Source: Thermoplasmata archaeon
GTDB lineage: Archaea > Thermoplasmatota > Thermoplasmata > Lutacidiplasmatales > UBA184
Assembly: GCA_035272385.1 (NCBI GenBank)
Contig: DATEQS010000045.1
Coordinates: 31,111 to 95,110 of the forward strand
DNA: 64,000 nucleotides
Direction: 5' to 3'
The position numbers and the translations under genes were made by a program. The notes beneath the pieces were generated by a model. It saw only the letters and a program-made list of their open reading frames with translations. It was not told where the DNA came from and made no database searches. This document shows positions 29,494-38,956 of this stretch, piece after piece. The stretch's first letter is position 1. Each line of letters starts with the position of its first letter.

Positions 29494-29705
29494 GCGCCGG
29501 GGCCGAGACCGCCGAGCGTGGGGTCACGCCCTTCGTGTGGTTCGGGGTGGCGATCATCATCGGAGCCACCTACGCCCTCTTCATGGGTCTCTCCTACTAC
29601 AACACCCCTACGTTCACCACCGCGGCGCTGCCCACCATAGCCGGGGTGGCGGTCGCAGTGGTCGCCTTCCTCGTGATCGGCGCTTGGGCGCCGCCGAACG
29701 AGTGA
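29490..29705 (+). CDS. small 2-TM membrane protein, possible oxidase accessory subunit
   Basis: ATGA overlap with the oxidase stop (ATG at 29490). Two hydrophobic helices (FVWFGVAIIIGATYALFMGL; LPTIAGVAVAVVAFLVIGAW). Confidence 0.5.
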   Translation: MSAGAETAERGVTPFVWFGVAIIIGATYALFMGLSYYNTPTFTTAALPTIAGVAVAVVAFLVIGAWAPPNE

Positions 29706-29716
29706 CCGGGCTCGAC

Positions 29717-30292
29717 TCAGCTCCCGCCGAAGAGAAGTTTCTCCGCGGCCGTGATGTCGTCCGGCGCGACGGCGCGCGAGTATCTCTCGAGCCGGTCTCG
29801 ATTCACCTCGAGGAACTCCTCGCCTCCGGCGAAGCCGGAGATCACCCGTTCGGCCTCCTCGGGTCGTCCGAGGACGTAGAGAGCGGCGCACAGCGCCTCC
29901 ACCGTGTTCAGTTGGGCTACCCGTCCGTAATGCTGCGGGTTCGTGGCGATGAGGACCGGGAGCCGGCGGTGCGGGGCGCGGGGGCGGCCGGCCCGCTCCG
30001 AGCCGGGGAACGCGCCCCTCGCCGAAAGTCGATTCCACGAGCAGTCGACCACGAGGAGTCCGCCGCGGACGGCGGCCTCTCGGTCCGCTCCGCAAAGCGG
30101 AGCGGGGGAGTAAGGGTCGAGGACCACCGGGGAGGGAGAGCCGGCGTCCTCCCGGGGAACCCGCTCCACGCGGCCCCAACGGAGAAGGCGTCGGCCGGTG
30201 CACGCCCTCGGGTGGTCCTCCCCCGCGAGAACGATGAGAAGCCGGAGGGCGGCCCTAGGACGGGGGTTGCGCGTACTCGCGGAAGATCGCAT
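29717..30292 (-). CDS. tsr3: 16S rRNA aminocarboxypropyltransferase Tsr3 (DUF367)
   Basis: [11 protein letters not shown] ... [32 protein letters not shown] matches the Tsr3 family. The ATG at 30292 overlaps the upstream gene by 38 nt. No alternative start lies nearby. Confidence 0.8.
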   Translation of the reverse strand: MRSSASTRNPRPRAALRLLIVLAGEDHPRACTGRRLLRWGRVERVPREDAGSPSPVVLDPYSPAPLCGADREAAVRGGLLVVDCSWNRLSARGAFPGSERAGRPRAPHRRLPVLIATNPQHYGRVAQLNTVEALCAALYVLGRPEEAERVISGFAGGEEFLEVNRDRLERYSRAVAPDDITAAEKLLFGGS

Positions 30293-31223
30293 GAAGTTCC
30301 CGGGTCAATCGAAGGGCTTCGGCCTTGGGGCGTTGCCAGAGGTTGCGGCCAAAGATGATCCCCGTCGCACCCGCGTCCATCGAGGAGCGGACCTTGCGCA
30401 GCAGCTCCGCGTCCTCGACCTTCTCGCCGCCCGACACGAGCACGAGGGAGCGTCCCGCGCTCTGGACCACCTTTCGGAACGCCTCCGAGGGAGGGAGACG
30501 CAGTGTGTTGTAAGGGGCGGGGCTTTCCGCGTCCTTCTCGGAAGCGACCGGGTAGTTCAGCTTCACCACATCGGCCCCCAGTTCATGGGCGACTCGGGCC
30601 GCGTAGTCGATGGCATAGAGACTCTCTTTACCGCCCTTCTTCGCCACGGCCTCGCCCCGAGGGTATGCCCAGACGATGAGCGGCATGCCGAGCCGCTGGG
30701 CCTCTCTCCGGACCTCGAGGAACTGGAGGAAATCACGGTCCTGGGCGGGCGAGCCGACGTAGATCGTGTAGCCGACGGCGTCCGCGCCCAATCGCACGGC
30801 GTCCTCGACCGTGCCGGTGAGCGGGCTGAATGGCTGCGCGTCGCCGGGAATCGTGGTCTTCCCGTTCAACTTGAGGATGAGCGGAACGTCGCCGGCATAT
30901 TCGTGGAAGTACTTCTCGGCTAGGCCGATGTGCAGCGCGATGGCGCTGAACTTCCCCTCGCTGGCCAGGTCGTACTGGTACTGAGGGTCGAGGGCGTCCG
31001 GGTTCGAGAAGAAATCGACCGGACCGTGTTCCAAACCTTGATCGATCGGGAGGACCAAGAGGGTGCCGCCGCCCGGGCCGTGTTGGTAGAGCAGACGCTT
31101 CAATCGAGTCAGCTTGCCCGGGCCCAGGCCGAGCCGGCTGAGCTGAGGGCGGGGATATCGGTGGGGGGAGGACGCCGGTGGGGTGGGAACGGTAGCCGAG
31201 GGACGGGCGGAGGTTTCGCTCAT
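30255..31223 (-). CDS. class I fructose-bisphosphate aldolase (FbaB/DhnA family; could be the related ADH synthase)
   Basis: [42 protein letters not shown] and [10 protein letters not shown] parallel E. coli FbaB blocks. Confidence 0.82.
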   Translation of the reverse strand: MSETSARPSATVPTPPASSPHRYPRPQLSRLGLGPGKLTRLKRLLYQHGPGGGTLLVLPIDQGLEHGPVDFFSNPDALDPQYQYDLASEGKFSAIALHIGLAEKYFHEYAGDVPLILKLNGKTTIPGDAQPFSPLTGTVEDAVRLGADAVGYTIYVGSPAQDRDFLQFLEVRREAQRLGMPLIVWAYPRGEAVAKKGGKESLYAIDYAARVAHELGADVVKLNYPVASEKDAESPAPYNTLRLPPSEAFRKVVQSAGRSLVLVSGGEKVEDAELLRKVRSSMDAGATGIIFGRNLWQRPKAEALRLTRELHAIFREYAQPPS

Positions 31224-31366
31224 CGGAGCACCTTCGCTCGAGCACCGGTCGCCGCGATTTAACGGTTGGTCTTCGGGGGCATTCTCCGAAGGGCCCGGCG
31301 GCTAACACAACCCTTTATGGGCGGTCCCTCCGTCCGTTGTTAGCTCGGGCGGAGACTTCGAGCTCC

Positions 31367-32251
31367 ATGCGTTCCCAAGTCGTCATCATCGCAACCCTCC
31401 TGCTGAACGGGGCGCTCTTCGCCTTCAACCTCCTCGTCGCGATTTCGTCGGGGAGCCGAGCCGTCCTCGCCCAGGCGATCTACGCGATTACGGACCTCGT
31501 CGGAAGTGCTCTCCTCCTGTGGGGATTGTATGCATCACGCTTGCCCGCCGACTATCGCCACCCGTTCGGACGAGGAAAGGAACGATTCTATTGGGCCCTC
31601 GTCTCGATCGTCATCACCTTCACCGTCGCGGGGATTCTCGCCCTGACGACCGGCGTGAGCCAGGTCACCAGCCCGAACCCGATCTCGCACATCGGGGACG
31701 CGCTGCTCGTCGTGGGCGCGACCCTCGGGGTCAGTGCCGTCAGCATCGCGGTCACATTGCGGGAGGTCCGCCGGTCCCAACAGACCCTCCAGTCCCTACT
31801 CGAGTCCCGGCATATCGGACTCAAGTCGGTCTTCTACCAGGACGTCGTTTCGATTATCGGCTGCCTGGTGGCCTTCTCCTCACTGATTGTCGTCTATCGG
31901 ACCCAGAATTACGCCGCGGACGGTGCCGCGGCGATCATCGAGGGGGCTTTGCTGGTCATCACGGGGATCGTCTTGACGCTCGAAAGTCGCGGGCTCCTGA
32001 TCGGTCAGGCCCTCGATCCCGGGGAGGCCCGCACCATCCTCGGCGTCGTGGAGCGCGACGCTCGTGTCTCCAAGGTGCGGGCCCTCCAATCAATGGTCCT
32101 CGGGCCGGACGACGCGCTTCTCGCGCTGCGGGTCAACTTCCACGACGGATTGACCACCGACCAGATCGAGGCGGCGATCGACCAGATCACCCATGCCCTT
32201 CAGCAAACCCACCCGGTCCTGCGGCACGTCATCATTGAGCCGGAGTCGTAG
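31367..32251 (+). CDS. cation diffusion facilitator (CDF) family transporter
   Basis: TM domain with AQAIYAITDLVGS, plus a C-terminal cytoplasmic domain. ATG at 31367. The longest ORF starts at TTG 31337. Confidence 0.82.
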   Translation: MRSQVVIIATLLLNGALFAFNLLVAISSGSRAVLAQAIYAITDLVGSALLLWGLYASRLPADYRHPFGRGKERFYWALVSIVITFTVAGILALTTGVSQVTSPNPISHIGDALLVVGATLGVSAVSIAVTLREVRRSQQTLQSLLESRHIGLKSVFYQDVVSIIGCLVAFSSLIVVYRTQNYAADGAAAIIEGALLVITGIVLTLESRGLLIGQALDPGEARTILGVVERDARVSKVRALQSMVLGPDDALLALRVNFHDGLTTDQIEAAIDQITHALQQTHPVLRHVIIEPES

Positions 32252-33497
32252 GCTGAGCCGGCGGACCGAGCCGAACCTCCCAGTAGCGGAACGCCGAGAT
32301 GGCGACGAGCGCGACTGCGATCCCGCCGAAGAACAGGTAGTATCCATCGTTCCCGAAGCGGTCGACCAATTGGGTTCCGAGGACGAGGCCCAGAATCATT
32401 CCAAGCGAGATCGTGAGCGAGTAGATCGCCATCGTGGTCCCCCGACTGAGCGCGAACGCGAGGTCGGCCAATGCGGCGAGCGCCGCCGGGCCGTACGCGA
32501 GCGCGGCCAGGACGCAGACGACGAGTGCCGCCAGCAGCTCCGGTAGGGGCCCGAAGGCAACGAGGAGGGACGCCGTCACCATGACACCGACAAAGCCCGC
32601 CACACCGATGTTCATCATGCGCGTCCGTCCGTAGCGGTCCGCGAGGCGTCCGAACCGAGGTTGGGAAATCACCAGCAGGGCACCTCCGCCCCCGATTCCG
32701 GCCGCGAGGTAGATGTCCGGGAAACCGACCCCCGCCGACGCGGTCCCCACGAAGACCAGCACGTAGCCGATCAGCATGTAGACGATCAGCCACGGCAGAG
32801 TGACGAGGAGAACGCTGCGTCGGAAGGCATTGCGTAGGACTTGCCCGACCGGGAATCCCGGTGCGGGAAGAATCCGTGGAACGATACGAACGAGGTACCA
32901 CGCGAACAGGAAGCCGGCCAGGAGCGTGACGGCACCGAGCACGAACACGTACGGCAGGAACGCGACCGAGAGTTGGTGATCTTGGATGAGCCCGAGGATC
33001 GCGATCCCGAAGGCAAATCCGCCGAGCCAACCCGCGAGGTTCATGGCGTCAAAGCGTCCCATCTCGAGACCTCGCTCGTCCGCGGTCGAGCGGTCGGCGA
33101 TGACGGTAAGGCTCGATGCCAGGATCGCCCCGCTGGCGATCCCGAACAGGAAATTCAAAGCCCCTAGGGCGACGACCGAGCGGGTGATGGCCACCAACCC
33201 GAACAGAAGGGCCGAGCCCAGCATTCCTGTGAACAGCACGGGAAATCGACCGATGCGGTCCGTGGCGATCCCGGAGAGGAGGACGGTGGTGAACTCCCCG
33301 ATCGGGGCCATCGCGGCGACGAGACCGACGGTTCCCTCATCATTCCCACTCAGGTTCGAGAGCCGGCCCAGGATGTAACTCGCGAACACGGCGAGCGTGA
33401 TGCCGAAGGCGAACCGCACGAAGAAGGTCGCTCCGAACACCGCGAGAAGCGACCGTCCGTGAACGACACTGGCGGCGTCGGGCGGTCCCTCGACCAC
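32232..33497 (-). CDS. MFS transporter
   Basis: 12-TM-like hydrophobicity, with loops GIATDRIGRFP and GRLADRYGR. GTG at 33497 avoids overlap with the upstream VOC gene. Confidence 0.8.
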   Translation of the reverse strand: MVEGPPDAASVVHGRSLLAVFGATFFVRFAFGITLAVFASYILGRLSNLSGNDEGTVGLVAAMAPIGEFTTVLLSGIATDRIGRFPVLFTGMLGSALLFGLVAITRSVVALGALNFLFGIASGAILASSLTVIADRSTADERGLEMGRFDAMNLAGWLGGFAFGIAILGLIQDHQLSVAFLPYVFVLGAVTLLAGFLFAWYLVRIVPRILPAPGFPVGQVLRNAFRRSVLLVTLPWLIVYMLIGYVLVFVGTASAGVGFPDIYLAAGIGGGGALLVISQPRFGRLADRYGRTRMMNIGVAGFVGVMVTASLLVAFGPLPELLAALVVCVLAALAYGPAALAALADLAFALSRGTTMAIYSLTISLGMILGLVLGTQLVDRFGNDGYYLFFGGIAVALVAISAFRYWEVRLGPPAQPTTPAQ

Positions 33498-33507
33498 GGA
33501 CGTCCGA

Positions 33508-33897
33508 CTAGCCTGCCGTCGGCGGGTGCTCGATGAGTTCGATCCAGACGTCGTTCGGGTCGAGGATGAAGGCGATCCGGGACGAACCGCCCGAGAGTCG
33601 GTACGGTTCCTTCGCGACACGGACGTTCTTCGCCCGCACCTTCATCAAGAACCGGTCGAGGTCCTCCACCTCAAAGGCCAGGTGGTCGAGCTGCTCGCCC
33701 ACCTCGAACTGATCCTTTCCCTCCCAGTGAGTGAGTTCGACCCGCGCTCCCGACGCGGGGTCCTGCACGAAGGCGATCTCGGCGTGGTTCTCCGGGATGG
33801 TTCTTCGCCGCTCGAATCGGAGGCCCAGGACCTCGGTGTAGAACGCCAGACTCTCGTCCATGTGGCGGACGGTGATGGAGGTATGGAGGAACTTCAT
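33508..33897 (-). CDS. VOC family protein, glyoxalase I-like
   Basis: MKFLHTSITVRHMDESLAFYTEVLGL ... LDHLAFEVEDL ... AFILDPNDVWIELIE. Confidence 0.85.
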   Translation of the reverse strand: MKFLHTSITVRHMDESLAFYTEVLGLRFERRRTIPENHAEIAFVQDPASGARVELTHWEGKDQFEVGEQLDHLAFEVEDLDRFLMKVRAKNVRVAKEPYRLSGGSSRIAFILDPNDVWIELIEHPPTAG

Positions 33898-33948
33898 CGG
33901 ACGCTCGGGGATACAAGCGATTCCCGATACAAAAAGCTCGGCGCGGCG

Positions 33949-35679
33949 CTACGGATGGCCGTAGACGACCCTCAGTGCTGCGGACCCGGGAACCCAGTCC
34001 TCTTCCACCCGCACGAACCCGACCCGTTCGAACTGAAAGACCTCGCCCGGCCGCGACGCCGAGAGCGCCGATTCTCCGAGGCCTGTCGAATGGTCTCCTT
34101 CGAGCCCGAGCAGCTCGACCGACACCGCGCCCGGAGCCCCGACCCACTGCAGACGCGGGAGCTTGCGATTCTCGCGGCTCGTGAACACCGCGTGCATCGT
34201 GCCCGCGGAGGGGGGCACCTCGCTGGCCAGGCGCACATTGATGAGGTCTTTGAATCGAACCTCCTCGCCGGCGTGGGCGACGAGGTCTCGTCGCGGCAGG
34301 AAGAACGTGGGACCGGCGGCGACCGAGCGAGTGCCGAGCTCAGGAAGGTCGGGGTGGTTGGGGAGGGTGACGCGAGCCAGGTCGAACGGATAGCCCTCGA
34401 CCTCGACGCGAACCGGGTCGGGAACGAACGACCGGCGGACCGTCGTCCCGTCGATTCGCTTGCGGTTCTCCGAGTAGAGGGTTTCCGCCGGGACCTCGAT
34501 GTCGGCGAGCGACATGCCGAAGGAGAGGATGAACTGTCGGAGCGCTTCCATCGAGATTCCCCGACGGACGAGCGAGCGGAGCGACCACGTCCTCGGGTCG
34601 GCGAAGCCATCGTAAAGTCCGGACTTTACCTCCTTGTACGACTTGCTCTTCGCGACCTTTGCTTCTCGCACGCGGAGGATCCCCCAGTGCAGGAAGGGAG
34701 GCCCTGCGATCCCGAGGAGGTCCCAGATGTACCGCTGCATCCGGTCCTCCATGACCAGGTCCTTCCCCCGGAGCACGTGGGTGACGCCCAGCTCGATGTC
34801 GTCGACCGCCCACGAGAACTCGAGCATCGGCCAGACGCGGTACTTGCGCCCTACCCGCGGGTGGTCGACGTCGCTGATCCGCAGAAGGACTCGGTCACGG
34901 AACGCCGGATCCGGGTCGGCCATGTCGGTCCTCAACCGAAGGACCGCCTCTCCCGGGGCGTACGAGCCGCCGAGCATCTTCTCCCATTCCTCGAGGGTTT
35001 GGGGGACTGTCTGCGAGCGCTCGGGGCACGGCACCCCGGCCACTCGGTTCTTCCCCAAGAGCTCCTGGGGGCAGCGACACACGTACGCCCCGCCCTTCTC
35101 GATCACCCGGCGTGCCCAGGGGTAGAACGACGCGACCCGGTCCGACTTGAAGTAGACCGCGTCCGGGCGCACCCCCGCGAGCTCGCAGTCGCCCCGGATC
35201 AGGTCGAAGAACTCGGTCTCGATGCGTTTCTCGGCCGAGCCGATCGTATCGTCGAAAACGAGCAGGAGCTTCCCATCGTATCGTTCCCGGTAGAGCTGGT
35301 TGACGAACAGCATCCGGGAGTTGCCGATGTGGAGGACCCCGCTCGGGAACGGGGCCATTCGAAGGACCACCTTACCGCGGACGGCTCCGAGGAGCTCGGG
35401 GAAATCCGGCGCCTCGTTCCGCGCGACCCGCGGGGTCTGGATCGCGGGGCCACCCACCGACGCGAGACGATCCTCGAGCTCGGCCAGCGGCAGTCCGCGA
35501 ATCTCGGCGACAATCTCCGAGACGAGGGAACGTACCGCGTCGGCGTCGGGGCGCAGGGAGGCATCGGTGGCGAGCAGCCGGCCGACGATCGGCCCCGTTT
35601 GGGCGGCCCCGTCGTGAGCGAGGGCGTTCTCGAGGGCCGCCCTGCGGGCCCGGGCCTCAACCTCGGGAGAGAGCACCAC
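33949..35679 (-). CDS. gltX: glutamate--tRNA ligase (archaeal type)
   Basis: HIGH-type motif PSGVLHIGNSR, KMSKS-like KVAKSKS, 576 aa. GTG start. Confidence 0.92.
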   Translation of the reverse strand: MVLSPEVEARARRAALENALAHDGAAQTGPIVGRLLATDASLRPDADAVRSLVSEIVAEIRGLPLAELEDRLASVGGPAIQTPRVARNEAPDFPELLGAVRGKVVLRMAPFPSGVLHIGNSRMLFVNQLYRERYDGKLLLVFDDTIGSAEKRIETEFFDLIRGDCELAGVRPDAVYFKSDRVASFYPWARRVIEKGGAYVCRCPQELLGKNRVAGVPCPERSQTVPQTLEEWEKMLGGSYAPGEAVLRLRTDMADPDPAFRDRVLLRISDVDHPRVGRKYRVWPMLEFSWAVDDIELGVTHVLRGKDLVMEDRMQRYIWDLLGIAGPPFLHWGILRVREAKVAKSKSYKEVKSGLYDGFADPRTWSLRSLVRRGISMEALRQFILSFGMSLADIEVPAETLYSENRKRIDGTTVRRSFVPDPVRVEVEGYPFDLARVTLPNHPDLPELGTRSVAAGPTFFLPRRDLVAHAGEEVRFKDLINVRLASEVPPSAGTMHAVFTSRENRKLPRLQWVGAPGAVSVELLGLEGDHSTGLGESALSASRPGEVFQFERVGFVRVEEDWVPGSAALRVVYGHP

Positions 35680-35702
35680 GTCCGCGCCGACCTTCCGGCG
35701 GG

Positions 35703-36539
35703 TTAAAGGGGTTCCCGGGGGGAGCTGGTGTCTCGTCCCGCTCGGGAGCGGTCGGGTCGGGACATCGCTTCCGCGACCGCCTCCGCGAGCGTGATCTCGC
35801 CCCGGAGGACCCGGTGCGCGCTCGAGCGGGAGATTGTCAGGCGCCCCCCGCTCCCCTCCCGGCTCAGACGCTGCAGGTTCGCAATATCGCCCGGAGTGAA
35901 CGTGAGAGGCAACGGCTCCCGCACGACGTTTCCTCGTGAGTGAGCGATGCTCCGCGCGGCGGCCGCGTCGCGCGGACGTCGGTGGCCGCGAGGGGTGGTT
36001 CCTTGTTCGTCCACGAGTTCCACCGAGCGGTGGTGTTCCAGCAGCGAGTTGACGATCCGATTCCTCGCCGGCGGGTCCCCCTTGCCAACTCGGAAGAGGA
36101 CCGGGCGGGAGGGGAATCGGTGCCGCAAATGACCCGCGAGCGTGCCCGCGGTTTCGGGCGTCTCGAGTACGCCTTCGCCCAGGACCGTGGCCCCCGCTAA
36201 GATGGAGTACCCGGGTCGGGGGCCGGGGTCGAGGCCGACGATGATCGCCTCGCCCGCATCCGCCGACTCGAGCGCGTGTCGGACCGCGGCCGCCAGGCTT
36301 CGCCGGTCCAAGGTCTCCCCGACCGCGAGAACGTTCGAGTGGGAGATCAGGGCCGCCTCGGAATTCGAGGTGAGCACCGCCGCCACCTGGTCGGGGATCC
36401 GGTCTCCCGGCAAAAGACTGATTGTCGGAACGTGTCGCTCTCGCAAGAACCCCGCCAGCTCATGGTAGAGCCCGGGGTCCCGAGTCACGAGTGCGACCGA
36501 CCGGTGTCTCACTGGCCACCTGACGGTGATATACGCCAT
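35703..36539 (-). CDS. hypothetical protein with an RNase H-like GLDPG motif
   Basis: ATG verified at 36539 (MAYITVRW). IIVGLDPGPRPGYSIL resembles the first acidic motif of RuvC/YqgF-like folds. Family not identified. Confidence 0.55.
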   Translation of the reverse strand: MAYITVRWPVRHRSVALVTRDPGLYHELAGFLRERHVPTISLLPGDRIPDQVAAVLTSNSEAALISHSNVLAVGETLDRRSLAAAVRHALESADAGEAIIVGLDPGPRPGYSILAGATVLGEGVLETPETAGTLAGHLRHRFPSRPVLFRVGKGDPPARNRIVNSLLEHHRSVELVDEQGTTPRGHRRPRDAAAARSIAHSRGNVVREPLPLTFTPGDIANLQRLSREGSGGRLTISRSSAHRVLRGEITLAEAVAEAMSRPDRSRAGRDTSSPREPL

Positions 36540-36921
36540 TAACCTTGCCCCCTCCGTGTCGGTCTGTCTCCATTGCGGCGAGCTCGCGAACGAGGGGGCG
36601 TTGTTCTGCACCAAGTGTGGCTACACTCTGCCCCAGGTCGACGCGACCGCGGGGGCCCCACCCAACCCTCTGAACCGTGGTCCCCCGACGGCGGGAACAA
36701 CCCTCGCAGCCCCACCCTCCGGAGCGCCGCCCCCCCCTCCGCCACCGCCCGGCTTCCCCGTGAGCTACGTGCCCGGAGGGTACGCCATGCTTTCGGCGCC
36801 CATCCCGGGAGCCGTGGGGCCGATCGCGCCTCCTCCCTCGGGAAAATACTGTATTCGTTGTCGGACGGTCATCAGCCGAGTCGCCGTTTACTGTCCCGTA
36901 TGCCAGCAGCCTCAATCGTGA
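36526..36921 (+). CDS. double zinc-ribbon protein with Pro-rich linker
   Basis: CLHCGELANEGALFCTKCG at the N-terminus and CIRCRTVISRVAVYCPVC at the C-terminus, separated by a poly-Pro linker. The start is uncertain and overlaps the divergent gene start. Confidence 0.55.
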   Translation: MIYAINLAPSVSVCLHCGELANEGALFCTKCGYTLPQVDATAGAPPNPLNRGPPTAGTTLAAPPSGAPPPPPPPPGFPVSYVPGGYAMLSAPIPGAVGPIAPPPSGKYCIRCRTVISRVAVYCPVCQQPQS

Positions 36922-37364
36922 AGCGAACGGGACGCAAGGGCCGCCGGACCGGGGCGATGGTCCGGATCGCCCGGGACCGGGTCTCGACGCTGTTTGCGCT
37001 CGCGGAGCGCGAGTCGCTGGGCCGCCATCCGGAGCTGGCCGACCGCTATGTGAATCTGGCTCGCCGAATCGGGATGCGCTACAACGTGCGACTCCTGAGG
37101 GAATACCGGGAGCTGTACTGCCGGACATGCTCGACCTACTGGGTGGAAGGCCGGACCGTCCGAACGCGCCTGCGCTCCGGGCGCCGGGTTCGGACTTGCC
37201 TGCGCTGCGGCCGCCAGAGACGGATGCTTTCGACGCAGACGAAAGTCTCGAGCCCGTCTCTCCCACCGGCCGGTTTTCGTGCGGCCCGACGCGATGAAGG
37301 GGCGCTGTCCATATCGATTACCGAAGAGTCCGACGTGGTAGACGAGGAAACGGAAGACGAATAA
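36918..37364 (+). CDS. rnp4: ribonuclease P protein component 4 (Rpp21/Rpr2)
   Basis: IARDRVSTLFALAERE ... YVNLARRIGMRYNVRL ... CRTCSTYW ... CLRCG zinc ribbon. GTG at 36918 overlaps the upstream stop (GTGA). Acidic C-terminal tail. Confidence 0.8.
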   Translation: MKRTGRKGRRTGAMVRIARDRVSTLFALAERESLGRHPELADRYVNLARRIGMRYNVRLLREYRELYCRTCSTYWVEGRTVRTRLRSGRRVRTCLRCGRQRRMLSTQTKVSSPSLPPAGFRAARRDEGALSISITEESDVVDEETEDE

Positions 37365-37391
37365 GGCCGGCCGACTCCTCGCCCCGGCGGC

Positions 37392-37474
37392 GCCGGGGTG
37401 GCCGAGCGGCCAAAGGCGGCAGACTCAAGATCTGCTCTCGCAGGAGTTCCCAGGTTCGAATCCTGGCCCCGGCA
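37392..37474 (+). tRNA. tRNA-Leu (anticodon CAA)
   Basis: Acceptor GCCGGGG pairs with CCCCGGC, then A. Anticodon arm GCAGA-CTCAAGA-TCTGC. Long variable arm. T arm CCAGG-TTCGAAT-CCTGG. Confidence 0.92.
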
Positions 37475-37567
37475 TTGAACTCCTCACGGTCGGTCATCGA
37501 ACGCGCGCGCCGTTCGGGAGGGTTGCGGGGGCGAGAATGCGCCATCTCCCCCTCGCTCCGACACGAA

Positions 37568-38047
37568 TCAATTCTTGCGTCCCGAAGGGGGTGGGTTTCC
37601 GGGAGCTCCCCTCTCGATTCTAGACCACCAGCGCGGCGGTTTCCGGGCGTAATGGTGCACTTTCGTTCCCGCCGGGATCCCCCCGCCCGTGACTGAAGGG
37701 CCCAAGATGAGGCCGGCCGATCGGGCAGCGGCGGAAAGCGCTTGGTAAACCTCCTCCGGTATGGCAAAGGCAGATATGACGAACTCCGGTCGGTAACGGA
37801 ACTCCAACTGTTTTGGGTGTCGTACCCAGGGGGGGCGATTGTGCGGTGCCTCGCGGAAGTCGAGCAGCGCGTACTGCAGCTTGGGATCGTCCCACCGGAG
37901 GATCCGGGATTTCGACGGGCTGTAGTCAATTCGGATGCCGTTCCCGTCAATGGTGAGGCGCGTGGGAAGTCGATGCCAGAAGTGCCGACCGGTGGAGCCA
38001 TCAGTCGCCAATTCAAATGTCTGGGGCCCGATCGCGCTGGGATTCAC
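37568..38047 (-). CDS. hypothetical protein (orphan, lower-GC islet)
   Basis: 159 aa. GTG start verified, overlapping the upstream stop (GTGA at 38044-38047). No recognised motif. Confidence 0.55.
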   Translation of the reverse strand: MNPSAIGPQTFELATDGSTGRHFWHRLPTRLTIDGNGIRIDYSPSKSRILRWDDPKLQYALLDFREAPHNRPPWVRHPKQLEFRYRPEFVISAFAIPEEVYQALSAAARSAGLILGPSVTGGGIPAGTKVHHYARKPPRWWSRIERGAPGNPPPSGRKN

Positions 38048-38268
38048 AGTCTTGCCTGTTGTTCATGAGCCGAATCGATTCGCCCTAATATCCAGAGTGG
38101 GGACATTTCGCTCCCGATCATGAAACACTTCCCACGGGCCCCGGCGTCGCCGGTCGCGCATACCCAAATCCCGCACTTTTCGTGACGCCCTAAGTCAGAA
38201 TCCCCGAAGACATAGGAATCGTGTGATCTGGCAAGATGGGGAAACAAACTGGTATGTGGGTCAGTCAC
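38044..38268 (-). CDS. hypothetical small protein (orphan)
   Basis: 74 aa. Supported only by the 4-nt GTGA coupling to the downstream ORF. Confidence 0.35.
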   Translation of the reverse strand: MTDPHTSLFPHLARSHDSYVFGDSDLGRHEKCGIWVCATGDAGARGKCFMIGSEMSPLWILGRIDSAHEQQARL

Positions 38269-38356
38269 CGTGGTTCTTGCCGAGGGAATGGCGATCGAGT
38301 CGGTCCGCGCGTCGATGTCCGTCTTCGAGTGGCCAGCGAGCTCAGCTGGGCAAGGT

Positions 38357-38671
38357 CTAACGCTGGGGGAACGTCATCTGCGCGAGCGCGTCATAGGCCT
38401 CGCGTCTCGCCTCGATTTCGGCCGGATGCACGTGGTACGTCGGATCGTTGGTCGCGATGAGTCGCCTCGCGTTGAGAGCCGCTTGTTGTGCCCAGTCCCG
38501 GAGGTGTTCCATAGAATGGAAGTAGAACCCTCGCAGATTCTCGGGCAGGGCGGTCGGGTAGTCGACTACGCGAACCGCTGTACCACCCTTTGCGATTGGA
38601 CTGCTGCACCAGGAGCATAGGAGGTTCTCGTCCGCCACCGGGAAGGTTTCGAGGGTGAACGGGGGCTTCAT
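38357..38671 (-). CDS. hypothetical protein, possible degenerate TRASH/YHS-like metal-binding domain
   Basis: CSWCSSPI...(24 aa)...GFYFHSMEH resembles the C-x2-C...YYFCS-x2-C layout with the second Cys pair replaced by His. Third-codon positions are GC-rich in this frame (my own check). Confidence 0.5.
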   Translation of the reverse strand: MKPPFTLETFPVADENLLCSWCSSPIAKGGTAVRVVDYPTALPENLRGFYFHSMEHLRDWAQQAALNARRLIATNDPTYHVHPAEIEARREAYDALAQMTFPQR

Positions 38672-38956
38672 CGGCGAATGAAAGGACTCCCCGGACCATC
38701 ATTGTTGCCCTCTACGCTTCGCAGCGGGCGATCGATCGTACCGTTCCCTGACGAGGGGGTCGTGTGGCGCGCCGATTCCGGGTGGGGGAGCTCCGGTCGC
38801 CCCCGGCAGTGGTCTGGGCGCTGACGCAGAATCGGATGATTCGTTCCATGCAATGCCTTAGCAGCTTCCCGCTACGAGGGCTTCCAAAGCCGGCCGAAGC
38901 GCCAACCTCATCTGCTAAGGTGCCACCGGCAATTGCTTCCGACCGAGGAACCGCAA

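Noticed and set aside
33526-35706. 726-aa plus-strand ORF covering the whole gltX locus
   Set aside because: It is antisense to an unmistakable GluRS (HIGH and KMSKS motifs). It has no recognisable motif and is rich in Arg, Asp and Glu. Stop codons are simply rare in this GC-rich antisense frame.
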